Shown in pieces: positions 35,271 to 47,720 of a stretch of DNA of 64,000 nucleotides. A program made the translations under genes and the position numbers. Each line of letters opens with the position of its first letter. Within the stretch, counting starts at the first letter, position 1. The notes beneath the pieces are model-generated. The model did not search any database and was not told where the DNA came from. It saw only the letters and a program-made list of their open reading frames with translations. Source of the DNA: Lama glama (lineage: Eukaryota); NCBI GenBank assembly GCA_028534125.1, contig CM052816.1, forward strand, positions 53,198,001 to 53,262,000. Direction: 5' to 3'.

Positions 35271-38200
35271 GAATTATCCATTTGATGATTTCTAGAACTT
35301 CCATAGCTTATGTAAACCCGCAAAGAACTCTGGGTCTTGAAAACAGGAATAGTTCATAATAAGCAAAACCACAGGCCCGCATCTCCCTAGAAAGCAGTAC
35401 CTGTTGAGGGAATGACATTTTCATTCCCAGCTGGGCTGAGTCTAGGCTAATAACATTTTCCCTGCCCTCTGAACAATGTTATTTGTTTGAGTCTGCCATC
35501 TGCTTAGACAAGGGAATAATTAATTAACAACCAGGTCTGCTGGAAGCATACCACCAGTGGCACTCAGCAAATATTTGTTGACAATGATGAGCCTATTGCT
35601 TATGTATACTATCAACTGAGGGGTTTTTCAGCAAGGTATTAGAGATTTGTCATCTTACAGATGAGAAAATTGGAGCTCAGAGAAGCTGAGTGATTTATCC
35701 AATGGTGCAAAGTGAGGTAGGGGCAAAGCTCGGACTTGCACCCCAAATTCTTGATTCTAAATTTATTTGTTGTTCTTTTTCTCCTACATTGCACTAGTGC
35801 TGGAGTGGGGGGCGGGGATGGCCGAATTCTACTACGTCAATTCATGTTCTGGGACATGAACCTTTCCAAAGAACAGTAAAATCTCAGTAAGTCCAAATAA
35901 TTGGAAGGATGGCCCAGGCTGAATTGGGAGAAAAGTCTGAACTATTTGCAAAAATATTTCAGCCTTTTCCTTTCAAGGCCGTGAAGTAAGTTGGAACAAA
36001 TAACTGCAAAGTGGGGCCAAAGAGAGCTCTCACTGAACCTGCTTGAAGGAACAAAGGAATACTTTCTAAATGATCCATCAGCAGTTTGCATATAAGGGAT
36101 GACTGCTAAAAATATTTTAGGCATTTGGGGAAATGAATTTTTGTGAAAAATACACGAGATGTTTCCCTTGAAAATGCACTTCATGTAAAAGTTTACATAG
36201 GGAACTTTCACAGATATGTCAGTCCCACCGTGTGGTACAGTGATTGTGCATTTGACTTAGTGGCGTATACATTAACCTCCTCTGTCCTGCTGTGCTTGAG
36301 TTGTTTGGCATTATTTGTGTAGCTCACAGCAGCACAGATAATGGCATTGGCCTCCCTCACTTTCCATCCCCTTAACTTTCAATTCTCCAAGGCCAGCAGA
36401 ATGCCTCCAGCTGCTTGAAAATTGGAAGCAGTTTCTGGCTATTCCTTTCCACACCACACTCCCACCAGTGGTTGCCAGATGACCCTGCCCTTCCTGTCAC
36501 CATCTGTGAGAAGTCTTTGTATTTGGCTCCCTTTCAGTCATTTTCTGCTCAAACACTGAACATTCATTTGTTCCTAAAGATGTTCAGAAGCACTGGGTCT
36601 GCTTATCTCGAACTCTGCGGTTTAACAGACATACTACTCTTGCAGCACTTCGTAAGGCTCCTCTATTTTTCTCTCTTCAAATTGACCCTTTCCTCCTGGA
36701 TTGTATGAGAATCAGGATCGCCTCCCTGGGGGGTAACACACAGAAGGTTCCAGACTGGCTGAGGGGATGTTATTGACTAACAGGGAGGCTATACGGGAAA
36801 ACAGTCTGTGTAATGCTCTCAGTCAGCCAATGGACTCAGCGCTGAGAAAAAATGATCTTTGGGAAAAAAAAGTAAAAGGATCTGGTTGGAGACAGATAAG
36901 GTTTTCCTTGCTGGGTGCATTGTCCAGGATGTGATTCAAAGATCCATGTATCTGAGGGAAAAACTGATCAAAACAAATGGAAAGTGACATATATTTCTGC
37001 CATTTAATGTTAAAAGTTTGTTCTGATAAGTACAAAGCAAAATAGAGCTACTCTGGCATTCCCAGCTGGTGATTTGCTGCCCCCCTCTGGAGAAATTTGG
37101 AACTGAAGCTTTTGATCCCTGTCCTGCTCTGTCTCTACTTGAGGTCTGCGTTGGCGTGGCTCCCTTACTCAAAGGCGCTTTGCTACATTGTGAATTAAGT
37201 ATCAGACCATAAACTGCAAACGGTTTATCCAGTGAGTTTACATTGACTGAGTAATGCAGGGTTCTTTATTTCCTGGCAGGAGGAGGAACTCCTTGTTCTT
37301 TGAACTGTCTGTCCTGGTTCCAACTCTCTTTCTACCAAGAATCCAAACTAAAGCCATCTTTCTTGGCAGCCTTGCACTAGCAAGAAGTCCGCCTGACTTG
37401 GCACCCTGCCTTAGGACTCTTATCCTTAAAAGGAAGAGTTTAGACTTGATCTCTATGGTCCCTTAGGCTCTGATCCATAAAAATATCTTTACGTGTGAGA
37501 AATTTAACATAAAGAAACTCATAGGTATTTAAGGAGCCTTCCCTTTGAGTGAACAAGATTTCTGGAAATAAAATGAATGCACTTAATGGAATGAATATAA
37601 ATTTTTTTTCCAAAATATGAAATATGCCACTAGGAGGCAGTGTTGACATAGATTTCCATTCCTGCGTATCTTCAATGTATTTCTTTTTGAGGGAAGTCTT
37701 TTTTAAATCAAAGGATGTAAGAATTAGAGATTACAACATTTTGTGTGGCAATAAAGTTCTGAAAAGAATATTAGAAGAGCATGTATTTTACACAGTAATA
37801 GAACAGTAGGTCAAATAAAAGTTTCTGTCATCTATGTATGAAAATATTAAATATTGAACCTGATTTGTAAGAAATAGTAGATAGCAACTTCATTTTTAAA
37901 AAAAAAAGTAATATTCACTCTCCTCTTGTTTCACCTCAGCCATATGCAAGCTCTGAATGTTGTGCTGCTTTGGTTCTATTTCTGTGCATTGGAGGATAAG
38001 AGTTGGATTTCTAATTCTCTTAGTAAAAAAATTCTGGAAGTTTCCTTTCCCTTTAAATACTGCTGCGTTTTCCTTTAAAACTCTAGCATACTTGTGAAGC
38101 AAAAAGGTAGTCTTACTTTTTAAAAATAGAAACTGAGGTATAGAAATTTCACTTAGGACTTAGCAAATTATAGAACAGAAATCAGAATCAAATATAACCA

Positions 38201-39346
38201 AGATAATCACATTGCTCTTTTTTTAATAGCTGAAGAAATTATTTCAAAACAGCTACACCAATCCAAGAATGTTTAGAAAGAAGCATAAACTCTTTCAGAA
38301 TACATTAAGAACAGCCATGTTTATCCTAATGGTCTTGCATCTTCAGGCTTGAGCTTTCAGAGTAGATACTACTAGGTAAAAATATAGTTCTCAATCTAGG
38401 AGCCCTGGGTAGAGTCTGGAGAATCTCTTTTTCTTATTATACTTTTCCTTAAAGCTACCAAAGTGACACAAGCCCCAGTACTCCCCATCCTTACTGACTG
38501 GAGGCTTTTAGGTGGATCTAGCCTAGGACAGGAAGGAGAGACAGGGTACCAATTCCTTCTCACTCCTCCCCATTGATCTGAATGCCTCTTTGTGGCAGGA
38601 GTGTCATGAAAGCGAGGGAAGAGCTCTGGAACTCTTACGGCAGGACTCTGAATTTCGGGTGCTTACTGATCAGGGCCTGATTTCCTAGGAAGAAACTTAA
38701 AAGGAATAGCGAAGTTCCCATATCTGAAGTGTCCCATAGCACTGTTTTCCAATCTGTGTGTCAAAATAACCCATTAATGGGTCATAAAATCAATTTGATG
38801 GGACTCAACCAGCATATTTTATTAATGAAATAGGGCAGAAAGGAATGGGATAGAAAATACACATTTTATTTCAGTGGTTGGAGGATATATGCTTTACTAG
38901 GTTATTATATAAGTTGTGTTTCTTATGAAGGGTCTTGTTCAAAAGACCTTGGAAGTCACTTTCCTGTATCACTTTGTCCCTGTCTGGTTGCTGAACCATT
39001 TATGGCAGCTCACATCTCCTCCTCCTTACTAGCCTGCAAACTTCTTGAAGTGGAGTTAACGTCCAGATTACTTTTCCATGGGTATGGTGAATTCCTTAAT
39101 ACCGTATTCACGGTGGATGTTTAGTCAACCTGTTTAAGATTCGCTTCTTACTTTTTTGCTCCCAAGTTCTAAATATATACTTTTAAAAACGGTTGCTTGC
39201 TGTTTGTAATTGTTTTGTTCAGCTAGTATCAGTTTTAATGTGTAGGCTGGCATTCAGATAAGCATTGCCTTGAAACCATCCTCTCCTTATTTTTGGAACT
39301 CCGGCCTGAAAATAGAGGAAGTCACTAAAAATGGGTTCTGCTGAGG

Positions 39347-39533
39347 CTACTGGGCAGATTTGAATTTCTGTTTTTCAAGGAGCTCTCTCAGCTGCTGCTC
39401 TGTTGTGGCTTCTTTTTGCTGCATCAGCTCAGCTGTTCCTCGGGTCACTCCCCAGGCATCTGGCTTTGACATTGAAGGGCTGTATGGCCGGCCTGAGGCT
39501 ATCCGAAGATTCTCCCAGTATTCTTTCCTGGCC
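39347..39533 (-). CDS. BHMT: BHMT exon 8 coding part ([17 protein letters not shown]...[12 protein letters not shown])
   Basis: CCCAG acceptor; TAG at 39349-39347. Exon lengths sum to 1224 nt = 407 aa + stop. The C-terminal extension distinguishes it from BHMT2. Confidence 0.98.
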
Positions 39534-41026
39534 CTGGGTGAACAAAACACACAGTGGTAGATTTCTCCCTAAGTGTCTATTTCTGTGAGCTAGGACACTG
39601 CCATGAGCCATCTCTGGACTCTTGAGAGTGTGTCCACCCAAACACAGTTATCCTTTTTTTTTTTTTTTGGTTTTCCCAGAATCTGTAGGTCTAAAATTAC
39701 TTCGAATTTCTTATTTTAATAACCCCATGGGTTCAAAAGCTAAGGCTTTGGAACAGGGGCATTTTCTATCCAGCTAACCCTGCCTCCCCAGCCTCACTTT
39801 CCCACACTCTGCCTCTGGACCCAGCTGAGCCCACGCCTGCAGATGGTCCCAAAGTCCGGAATTACTTCCGCACCTCACCCTGCGGGTCCTGCCTCTACCT
39901 CCTTTCATTTTTCAGAATCCGATATTCTCAAGCTCCTAGTTTCTCAGCAGCTGTTCTCTTTCCACCTCTCAGTGCTTCCCTCTAGGCTGTTCCCTTGTCT
40001 GGCAATGCAATTCGTCCTTTAAAATTCAGCTCAGGCGTCAGCTCTCTGAAAGATGCTGCACCAGCACCCCTGCCTTCAGCCCCCGTGGGCCGTTCGCGCA
40101 GACCCCACAGCACCTACATGTACCTTCATCCTTCTCTTAGGCGACCAGTTTGAACTTAGCTGTTTATCGCTGCCTGCCAGACTGTCACCTCCTCGCCGAC
40201 AGGCCTGTGCCTTGCCCAGCTTGCTACCTCACCGTGCACAACAGTGTCTCACATAGTTGTGCTCCATTAATGTTGGCTGAACAGAGCAGAACGGCTCCCT
40301 CTGCTTGGGGTACATCCCCCCATCCCCACCTTCTGGATCTCGCAGGAGCCAATTTAGCGCTTCAAAGTCCAGCCAAAACGTCCCTTCTTCTAAAAATATC
40401 TCTTCGGCAGAGAGAGTTATTCTCTTCTTTTCATTGTTACTTTTGTGCCCACGCCTCTGCTCAGGCAGTTAACTACAGTGCAATCCGTTGCTTTCTCCTC
40501 CATTTTCCCCAGTAGACTGAGGTTCTCCGAGCCAGGGACCACAGCCTTCCGCTTCTGTATTCCTAGCGCCCTGCACATCGCCTGCTGTGAAAAATCTGTT
40601 TGTTTATTGTTCATCTTCCCCACTGGAATGTAAGCTCTGAGAGCACAGACCTTTCCTATCTTACTCACCACTGTTTTCCCAGCTCCAAGAATTGTGCCTG
40701 GCACAGGACAGGCAAGTGATACTTGCTATACTTCAATCTTAACAACGAAACAAGTGTCAGTGGCCACTGCATGGCTGCTGCTTTCCTAGAGTGTGAAATT
40801 ACATTTTATCGCAACTTACGTTATTTACATTCTGTATTCTTAAAGACTTCTCCAGAAATCACTCTATAAAGCTATGCTATAAACATCTCTGTGGGAGAAT
40901 TTAAAGAGGATAACTGATTCTTTATCATTACACAGCAAATCGGCTACATTCTTTGTAATGACCTCACTTGGATGAATTCATAATCTAAATGGGTTTGGTT
41001 GGGCACATGTAATTGAAGGTTATTAC

Positions 41027-41255
41027 CTGGCTCTAATCCAGGGTTTGGTGTGCATGTCCAAACCACTTCCCCAGCTGCCATGTTTTTCTGAAGCTGGTGG
41101 CAAAAATCCCCTTTCTGGGGCCAGTTCCTCTGCAATCGCTCTGATGTGGTAGGGCTCAAATCCGCAGCACCCGCCTATGTACCTGACCCCCAGGTTGTAG
41201 GCCTCTCTGGCGTATTTTTGAATATCCCATCTGGTTGCAACTCTGGGCTCCAGTC
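41027..41255 (-). CDS. BHMT: BHMT exon 7 ([10 protein letters not shown]...IGGCCGFEP...KPWIRAR), includes Zn ligands Cys299/Cys300
   Basis: Within ORF 41023..41271; TACAG acceptor, AG|GTAATA donor, 229 nt. Confidence 0.98.
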
Positions 41256-41422
41256 CTGTAATAAATGACATTATGCTTAAATTAAGAAAAAAATAAGGAC
41301 TTAAAATGAACAGCTATAATAAGTTGGTAATTTTCAATGAATTAAATAAGTTATCAATATTTCAGTTCTCAACTCTTAAAAACTATTAGCTACTTCGCGT
41401 TTACATCTCCAGTTTACATGCC

Positions 41423-41968
41423 GTGATAGCCAGCCTTCAAGATGGTTTGCAGTGACCTCTGCTCTCTGATGTTCTCACCCTTGTACAGACCCTCCCGTAT
41501 TACATCAGGTTGGTCTGTGAGACCAGAAGATGGCAGAAGGGGATGATATGGGACTTCTGAGGCTAGGTGATAAGAGACATTGTGGTTTCTGCCTTGTTCT
41601 CTCCTGGAACACTCACCCCGGGGGAAGCCAGCTGCTGTGTTGTGAGAAAGCTCAAGTATCACAGTGGAAAGGCCCATGAGCCGAGGGGCTGAGGCCTCCA
41701 GCCAACAGGCAGCAAAAAAACTGACACTGACTCCCAGCAGCCATCTAAGGGAGCTTGGAAGTAGACCTCCCAGCTCCCATCAGGCCTTCAGGTGACTGTA
41801 ACCCTGGCCAAGGTCTGGACTGCAACCTATTAAGAGACTCTGAGCAAAAACCACCCAGCTAAGTGGCTCCCAAATTCACGATCCACAGCAACTATGAGAT
41901 GTAATAAGTGTTTATAGTTTAAAGCAACTAAGTTTGCAGTAATTTGTCCTTGAGCAATAAATACCACA
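41423..41968 (+). mobile_element. MaLR MLT1-type solo LTR in BHMT intron 6
   Basis: cagccttcaagatgg...gccttcaggtgactg...taagtttgcagtaatttg...caataaata. Confidence 0.8.
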
Positions 41969-42621
41969 ATGCCTTGCCATCCTTCTCCCAAGGTTCTTCT
42001 AGACCAGTTTCTTTACAATAGCTTACTTCTCCAAGAGTCCCTCTAGAAGATGGTTTAAGAACCTTAGAATGAAATAGGAGGCTGATCAGGCTCTGGCCCT
42101 GCTCACCTGTGGCTTAATTCTCCAGAGAGACTCACCCCCACTTCCCACACATGCTTTGTCCCTCTTCCCAGACTGCAAGTATTTCCTCACTTCACCTGCT
42201 TGGGCTCTTCATTCCAGTCTGTTACATAGTAACCCTCTGATGGCAACTTCCCTCTGCCCCTCAAACTCAGATATTGCTAGAATATCTGAGCAACATTCAA
42301 AATAGAAGAAAAGTATCTTGGAGATAACCTGGTCCAACCTTGTTATTTTCTGATAATATATTTTCTAATGAGAAAATTAAGATCTAGACAAATGAAGGAA
42401 TTTTGCTGAGGTTATGCAATTTAGCAAAAGAGCTGGAACCAGAACCAAAATCTTCACTTATCTCATCCAGGAGGACATCCTAGGTACCACTGTAGAAGTG
42501 TGACCCATCGGTTGCCTTTTGAGGAGTTGATTTACTTTTGATTTTACATTTAAGTTCAGAGGTCTTTTTTTGGTTGCTGGTCATGTCTTTTCCTAATGTC
42601 TAATTTAAAAATTTTTAGGCA

Positions 42622-42776
42622 GGGGGAGGGTATAGCTCAGCAGTAGAGTGGGTGCATGTTCTGGGTTCAAACCCCAGTACTTCCTTTAAAGAAAAATAAT
42701 TAATTAAACCTAATCACCCCCCCCACCACAAAAGAAACCAAAGAAATTAAGGGAGAAAATAACAAAATAAATAAAA
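42622..42776 (+). mobile_element. Vic-1-like SINE in BHMT intron 6
   Basis: SINE consensus with small internal deletion; A-rich tail. Confidence 0.8.
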
Positions 42777-42910
42777 GTTTTTAGCTGCAAGGAGAGAAGC
42801 TGGGGGCAAGATATGAGATACGAAGCCATTACTTTACCATGACAAAGCTCTATGGCTAGAGATGTATTTGGAATTTGTCAAACATAAAGACACTGAGGTC
42901 TGTGTCTTAC

Positions 42911-43093
42911 CAAAGGGGAATTCTGGCAGATCAATAAATCCCTGTTTGCCGCAGTCGGGGGTGTGGAAGGCCAAGGGCTGACTCATCAGGTGGGCTTTCA
43001 GTCCGGCAGCCTCCAAGCCTTCTTTCATGAGCTTCACTGTTTGTAAACTGATGGTGGGGTCAAAATGGCAGTTCACACCAACGATAGAAGCGC
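42911..43093 (-). CDS. BHMT: BHMT exon 6 ([13 protein letters not shown]...DLPEFPF), includes Zn ligand Cys217
   Basis: Within ORF 42834..43112; TTGCAG acceptor, GTAAGA donor, 183 nt. Confidence 0.98.
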
Positions 43094-45899
43094 CTGCAAG
43101 TGGGAAGAACATCTGAGCTTTAGGGATTGAGCCAGGTACCGGTGGGCCCTACTCTCCTCTCAGTCAGGCAGCGTTTACTGGCGTGGTGACTTTGGAAGTA
43201 TAGCAGTTGGTCCCTGCGAACTTACCCTACCCTTGGGCAAGAATGATTACTAACAGGCAGCATGTGCTTTCTGTGAAAAGTGCTTTGAAGAGTCTGATAT
43301 AATTGAAGTGTCATTTATGCACACTTCGCTGTCCATTTTTTTTGGAAAAAAATCATGATTAGAGGGTTTTTTTAAACTTCAAATTTTAGTAATCATTTTT
43401 TCCCTCTTTGACACTGTATTGCATAACATGATAATTTTTCAAAACTGCCAGCTGCTCCATTGCACATGTGGTTACTGTACCACTCACCTGAGAAATAAAT
43501 CAATGTTCCCTTTCATCAGGTCAATTTAGTAATATCATTAAGTTTCTTGGGCATAACAGCACAATGTAATTTAGAAAAAAGTTTTTCTGAAACTTTCATA
43601 TAAGTGAGATCATACAATATGTGTCCTTTTGTGACTGACTTCATTCACTTAGTATAACATTTTCAAGGTTCAACTCTGTTGTAGCATGTGTCAGAATTTC
43701 ATTCCCTTTTATGACCAAATAATATCCCACTGTATGTTTATACCACATTTTGTTTATCCATTCATTAGTTGGATACTTGGGTTGCTTCCATCTCCAAAAA
43801 GGACTTTTTGGATGAACTCATGGCCTAGAATTTTGTATGTTGGATATAGATATACCAAGAACAAGGAAAGGAAAGATTCTGGCTACAGAGAGTGAGGCCA
43901 ACGTCCAGATTATAGGAGCAGCAGGGCTGATGCTGGAAGCTGTGGCATCCAGTGTTCACTGGCAGGTGTCTCAGTGGTCTTCACTGGGCTGGGTCTGCAG
44001 TTGGCTCTTCATTCTTGTTCCCATCAGGCCTCATTCCCCATCGTTCCTCTGAATCAGCTTTTGCTAAGGGCTCCGATGGTCTCAGTCTTGCCAAGTCCAA
44101 GTCGCTTCTCCGTTCTCATCTTACTCAACGTCTCAGCAACATTCAACCTAGTGGCACTCTCTCCTTCATCAGTATTCTCCTTCCCTTGGCTTCTGAGAAC
44201 TTCCCACACTCTCTGGGTGTTGCTTCTACTTTCTCAGCTGCTTTTTTTTTTTTTTTTGAGAGTTCTGTACTGATCCCTCCTCAAGGCTGAACCTTTCAAT
44301 CCTGCTGGGTCCCAGGATCCCACTGAGCCATCTTCTCTTCTGCATCTCCAATTCCTTTCAGCCCCAGGGCTTTCAATATCTTCTATTCCAGAACTCTCCC
44401 ACGTTTCTCTCTTTAACCCTGACCTTTCCCTTAGGTTCCAGACTGATATATATTCAACAACTTACTGAATACAGTCACTTGGATCATGACTACCTTGTTT
44501 TAGATAGTCTGCTGCCAGGATTTCTCTTTCCTTGCTTGACTTTGTTACACGAATGAATTAATCTATTGGTTATTTACTGGATTCTATTAGATAGTCCGTG
44601 GTAGGGGTGATGGAGAAATGTAAATATAGGACACCGAGGATTTTATAACTTAGCACAGGGCTTCCCAAGGTTTGCGCTATGAAAATGAGGTTCTATGATC
44701 AATTACGTTAGGCAGTAGCTATTTACTATACCCTTCCTAGAGACTGCCAGTATACATGAACACATCAAAAGCTCTGAGAAGTTCTGCAGTAAAGAGATCT
44801 GCTTAACTTGGTTTAACCCAGCATTTTCTAACTGTGTGTAATTGCAGAACTCTGTCAGCATTCTCACAAATGAGAAAAATGTCATCTGAGGATACTCCAA
44901 GTGTGTGGTATAAATAGAAAGTGTCCTGTTGCTGAGAGGGTAGGGATGACTATGTAAGGGTACATGGAGGGTGAGCTAACAGTGGAAGATGGACTGGATT
45001 TATTAAATGGATATTGATAAAGGACCTGTTCTGTGCCAGGTGCCATGCTAGGCACAGGGTACTCAGTGCTCAGCCAAGCAGACATAGTCTCTGCCCTCTG
45101 GGATCTTATAGTCTAGGGAGAGAGCCAGGCATTGAAGACATAAATATGATAACCAGGAAGTTCTGTGAAGGATATAATAAACAGGGCACAGTGATATCAA
45201 GCTGAGTGGCCACTTCCTGTGAACAGACTGGCAGGGGAAGGATTGGATGCAGGCCAGGAATCCCTGCAATTAACTGGGGTGATGAGGGCCTCCTGATCTT
45301 TCTGAACACATTAGCTTGGCTTCTCCCCTCATTTTTTAATATCTGCAATAAAAAATTAGGATTCTACAATTTTGTTTCTAACTCTAATAATTGTTAATGA
45401 TGAGTAGGAAGTGACTTTCGTGAATCACATCAAGAGCTGGATCCAGATCAGAAATTAAACAACTAGCCAATCCAAATCTCTCTACTCCAGAGAGTCAGTC
45501 AGACTCTTCCACGGACACTGAGCTATTATTCCTCAATTTTAAAATAAGGCATCTTTGAAAACAGTCTGTGAATTTTCCCTAATTGAAATGAAACCCAGTA
45601 TTAGGAATGGAAATCACATAAAAAGATCAATTAGGTGGTCAGTATTTCATATCAAAGGATTTTTTGATTTATTATACCGATTACAAAAAGTAAAGCAGAC
45701 CAGTAATTTATGAGAATGGGAACACTTTGGCAAAGAGAGTAACTGACTTCAAAGTTATTAATGTTGAAAGACCTTGACTTGAGATAAGGTTAAAATAAAA
45801 TAAAATTTTTCCTAATGCTCCTTTTGGTGTACCAAAATTCTTCTCATTTCTAGGTGTTAAACCTTCAGCATAGGTCTAGTTGCCCCTTTGAAAAGACTG

Positions 45900-45902
<3 letters not shown>

Positions 45903-45935
<33 letters not shown>
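45903..45935. repeat. (TG)n microsatellite
   Basis: Direct reading. Confidence 0.95.
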
Positions 45936-45937
<2 letters not shown>

Positions 45938-46114
45938 TTTTTTTTTTTAACATTTTTCACTTTGGGACTCAATAACGATATCAATATTCCTAAAAAAGCT
46001 AATGAGTGGTTTTCCTGTGACAAAAGTAGTATACAGTGATTCATAGATGGACCTGAATTTGTATGTCCTTTTAAAAGACTCACTAATTGCAAACCAATCA
46101 AAATCCATCATCAC

Positions 46115-46262
46115 CTGCTTTTACGAGGCGCACCGCACACATGCCAGGGGTCACACCGTGCAAATCTCCCTCTGGGCCGATGCACATGGTCGCTGCCACT
46201 GGCTTCCCAGATGCTTTCAAGGCTTCAACCGCCCATACAGCCTCTTCAACGTGTTCAAAATA
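46115..46262 (-). CDS. BHMT: BHMT exon 5 ([49 protein letters not shown])
   Basis: TTTCAG acceptor, CAG|GTGATG donor, 148 nt. Confidence 0.97.
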
Positions 46263-46617
46263 CTGAAATAAGTTCAAGTCAAGGGACTTTTAATCTTGTT
46301 TTTCCCCGGATAATCTGAAAACTTATCCTGCTGGGCATTAACTCAATTATCCATAGATGAGTGTTTTTCAAACTCTGGGTTGTGACCCAGTAGCATTTTT
46401 TAAGCAAAACAGAACAGGTCATTTCTTACTATGAACTGCAGTCCAAAGGTTTGAAGAATACTATATTGGATTAATTCAATCACATTTAGTGGAAGCCCTA
46501 AATTGGAAAAAGATTTCAAAACTAAATATCACTATTATGGGTCGTGACTGGCACCTGATCTCACAGGGTCCTCATGAGCAAAAGGAAGAGAAAATATACT
46601 AAGTGCATTTGTCTCAT

Positions 46618-46811
46618 CTTTTTTTTTTCTCATTTACTTCATTAAAAAAATTTTTTTGTTGCTGTTATTGTTGTTTTGCTTTTTTGGGGAGGAAGGGAGG
46701 AAGTAATTAGGTTTATTTATTTATTTATTTATTTAATGGAGGCACCGGGGATTGAACCCAGGACCTCGTGCATACTAAACATGTGCTCTACCACTGAGCT
46801 ATACCCTCCCC
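46618..46811 (-). mobile_element. Vic-1-like SINE in BHMT intron 4, TSD ttgtctcatctt
   Basis: SINE consensus and TSD; inserted ~35 nt from the exon 4 donor. Confidence 0.85.
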
Positions 46812-46845
46812 TCAACTTGTCTCATCTTTGATCATATCTGTTTAC

Positions 46846-47037
46846 CTCTGCAATCAAGAAGTCCACATTCTTCCTCATGAAGACCTCTAACTGTTGCTGA
46901 AAGACTTTTTTGACTTCAGTTTCGCTCTTGCAGCTAAGGTACGAAGGTGACTGGCTCACGCCTCCGGCCACCAAAGTGTCTCCCTCGTCAGCTACTTGCC
47001 GGGCAATGTCACAAGCAGCTTCATTGACTTTCTGCCC
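46846..47037 (-). CDS. BHMT: BHMT exon 4 ([64 protein letters not shown])
   Basis: TTTTAG acceptor, GAG|GTAAAC donor, 192 nt, open frame. Confidence 0.97.
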
Positions 47038-47601
47038 CTAAAATGGGTGAATATATGATACATCTACGTTTTCATGTGAAATTGAAGCAAAATTGCTAGT
47101 CAGATTCCTACATCTCAGTTGTCTGTTACGAGAGTGATATGATTCCAGAAAATGACAGTGATGGACTAGTTCAATGCTTTACCATGTTGAGCAATCTGCA
47201 GTAATAGCACCACCAATAACAGTGATGAAAAATAAATCTAATGATAGTATCTAAGACATTACATTATCCCAAAGATCTGTGAAAGGACAAAAGTCTTGAC
47301 AAAAGGAACCGGTATCTTTTAATACCTAAGCTCTGAGAATTTCTAAGGGTACTCACTCAGCAACTTAGTCGAGACTGGGAGAATCATTAATAGTGAAATA
47401 CTTCTTTGATCTACTTCCTTAAATGCCTTTCTGTTCATCTGGGGGACTCCAGCTAAAAACGTAAGAATGTTATTCACACATACCTAATTTCTGTGGTGTT
47501 TAAAACAAAACTCTAAAGAGGCTCAACAATTTTCTCTATAAGAGCTTTGGTGATGACATGTGGGTACCCTGTCCTGAGCGTGCTAGTGCGATGTTACTCA
47601 C

Positions 47602-47720
47602 GGATATTTTCTCTGCAACATAGTTTCCCCTGTTCTCCAGCTTGTCTTCACTGGCATAAAAGGTGAAGGTCTGCATGACATTGGATCCAGCTCTGAGGAA
47701 CTCTCGATGAAGCTGGCGAA
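47602..47720 (-). CDS. BHMT: BHMT exon 3 ([40 protein letters not shown])
   Basis: CTCAG acceptor, GTGAGT donor, 119 nt. Contains the [11 protein letters not shown] segment found in BHMT but not BHMT2. Confidence 0.97.

Larger units (their letters stand above)
1455..37424 (-). pseudogene. Candidate unitary pseudogene: decayed multi-exon gene with Sfi1-like (centrin-binding) repeats
   Basis: About 15 minus-strand segments outside recognisable repeats, with polypyrimidine-AG acceptors and/or GT donors. Translations contain LL-x3-F/L-x2-W-like motifs (e.g. RILSVIFYAWKK, SLTSRSLVAWL, ADCLRRQSVLRMVFN, AEALQRLPALRKCWFV, RLQAWNHQ, VHWRQKY), interrupted by stops and frameshifts. Confidence 0.6.

Noticed and set aside
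38222..39239. BHMT polyadenylation signal candidates (ATTAAA at 39239 and 38227; AATAAA at 38870 and 38823)
   Set aside because: Cannot choose among them from sequence alone; two lie in an apparent DNA-transposon remnant.
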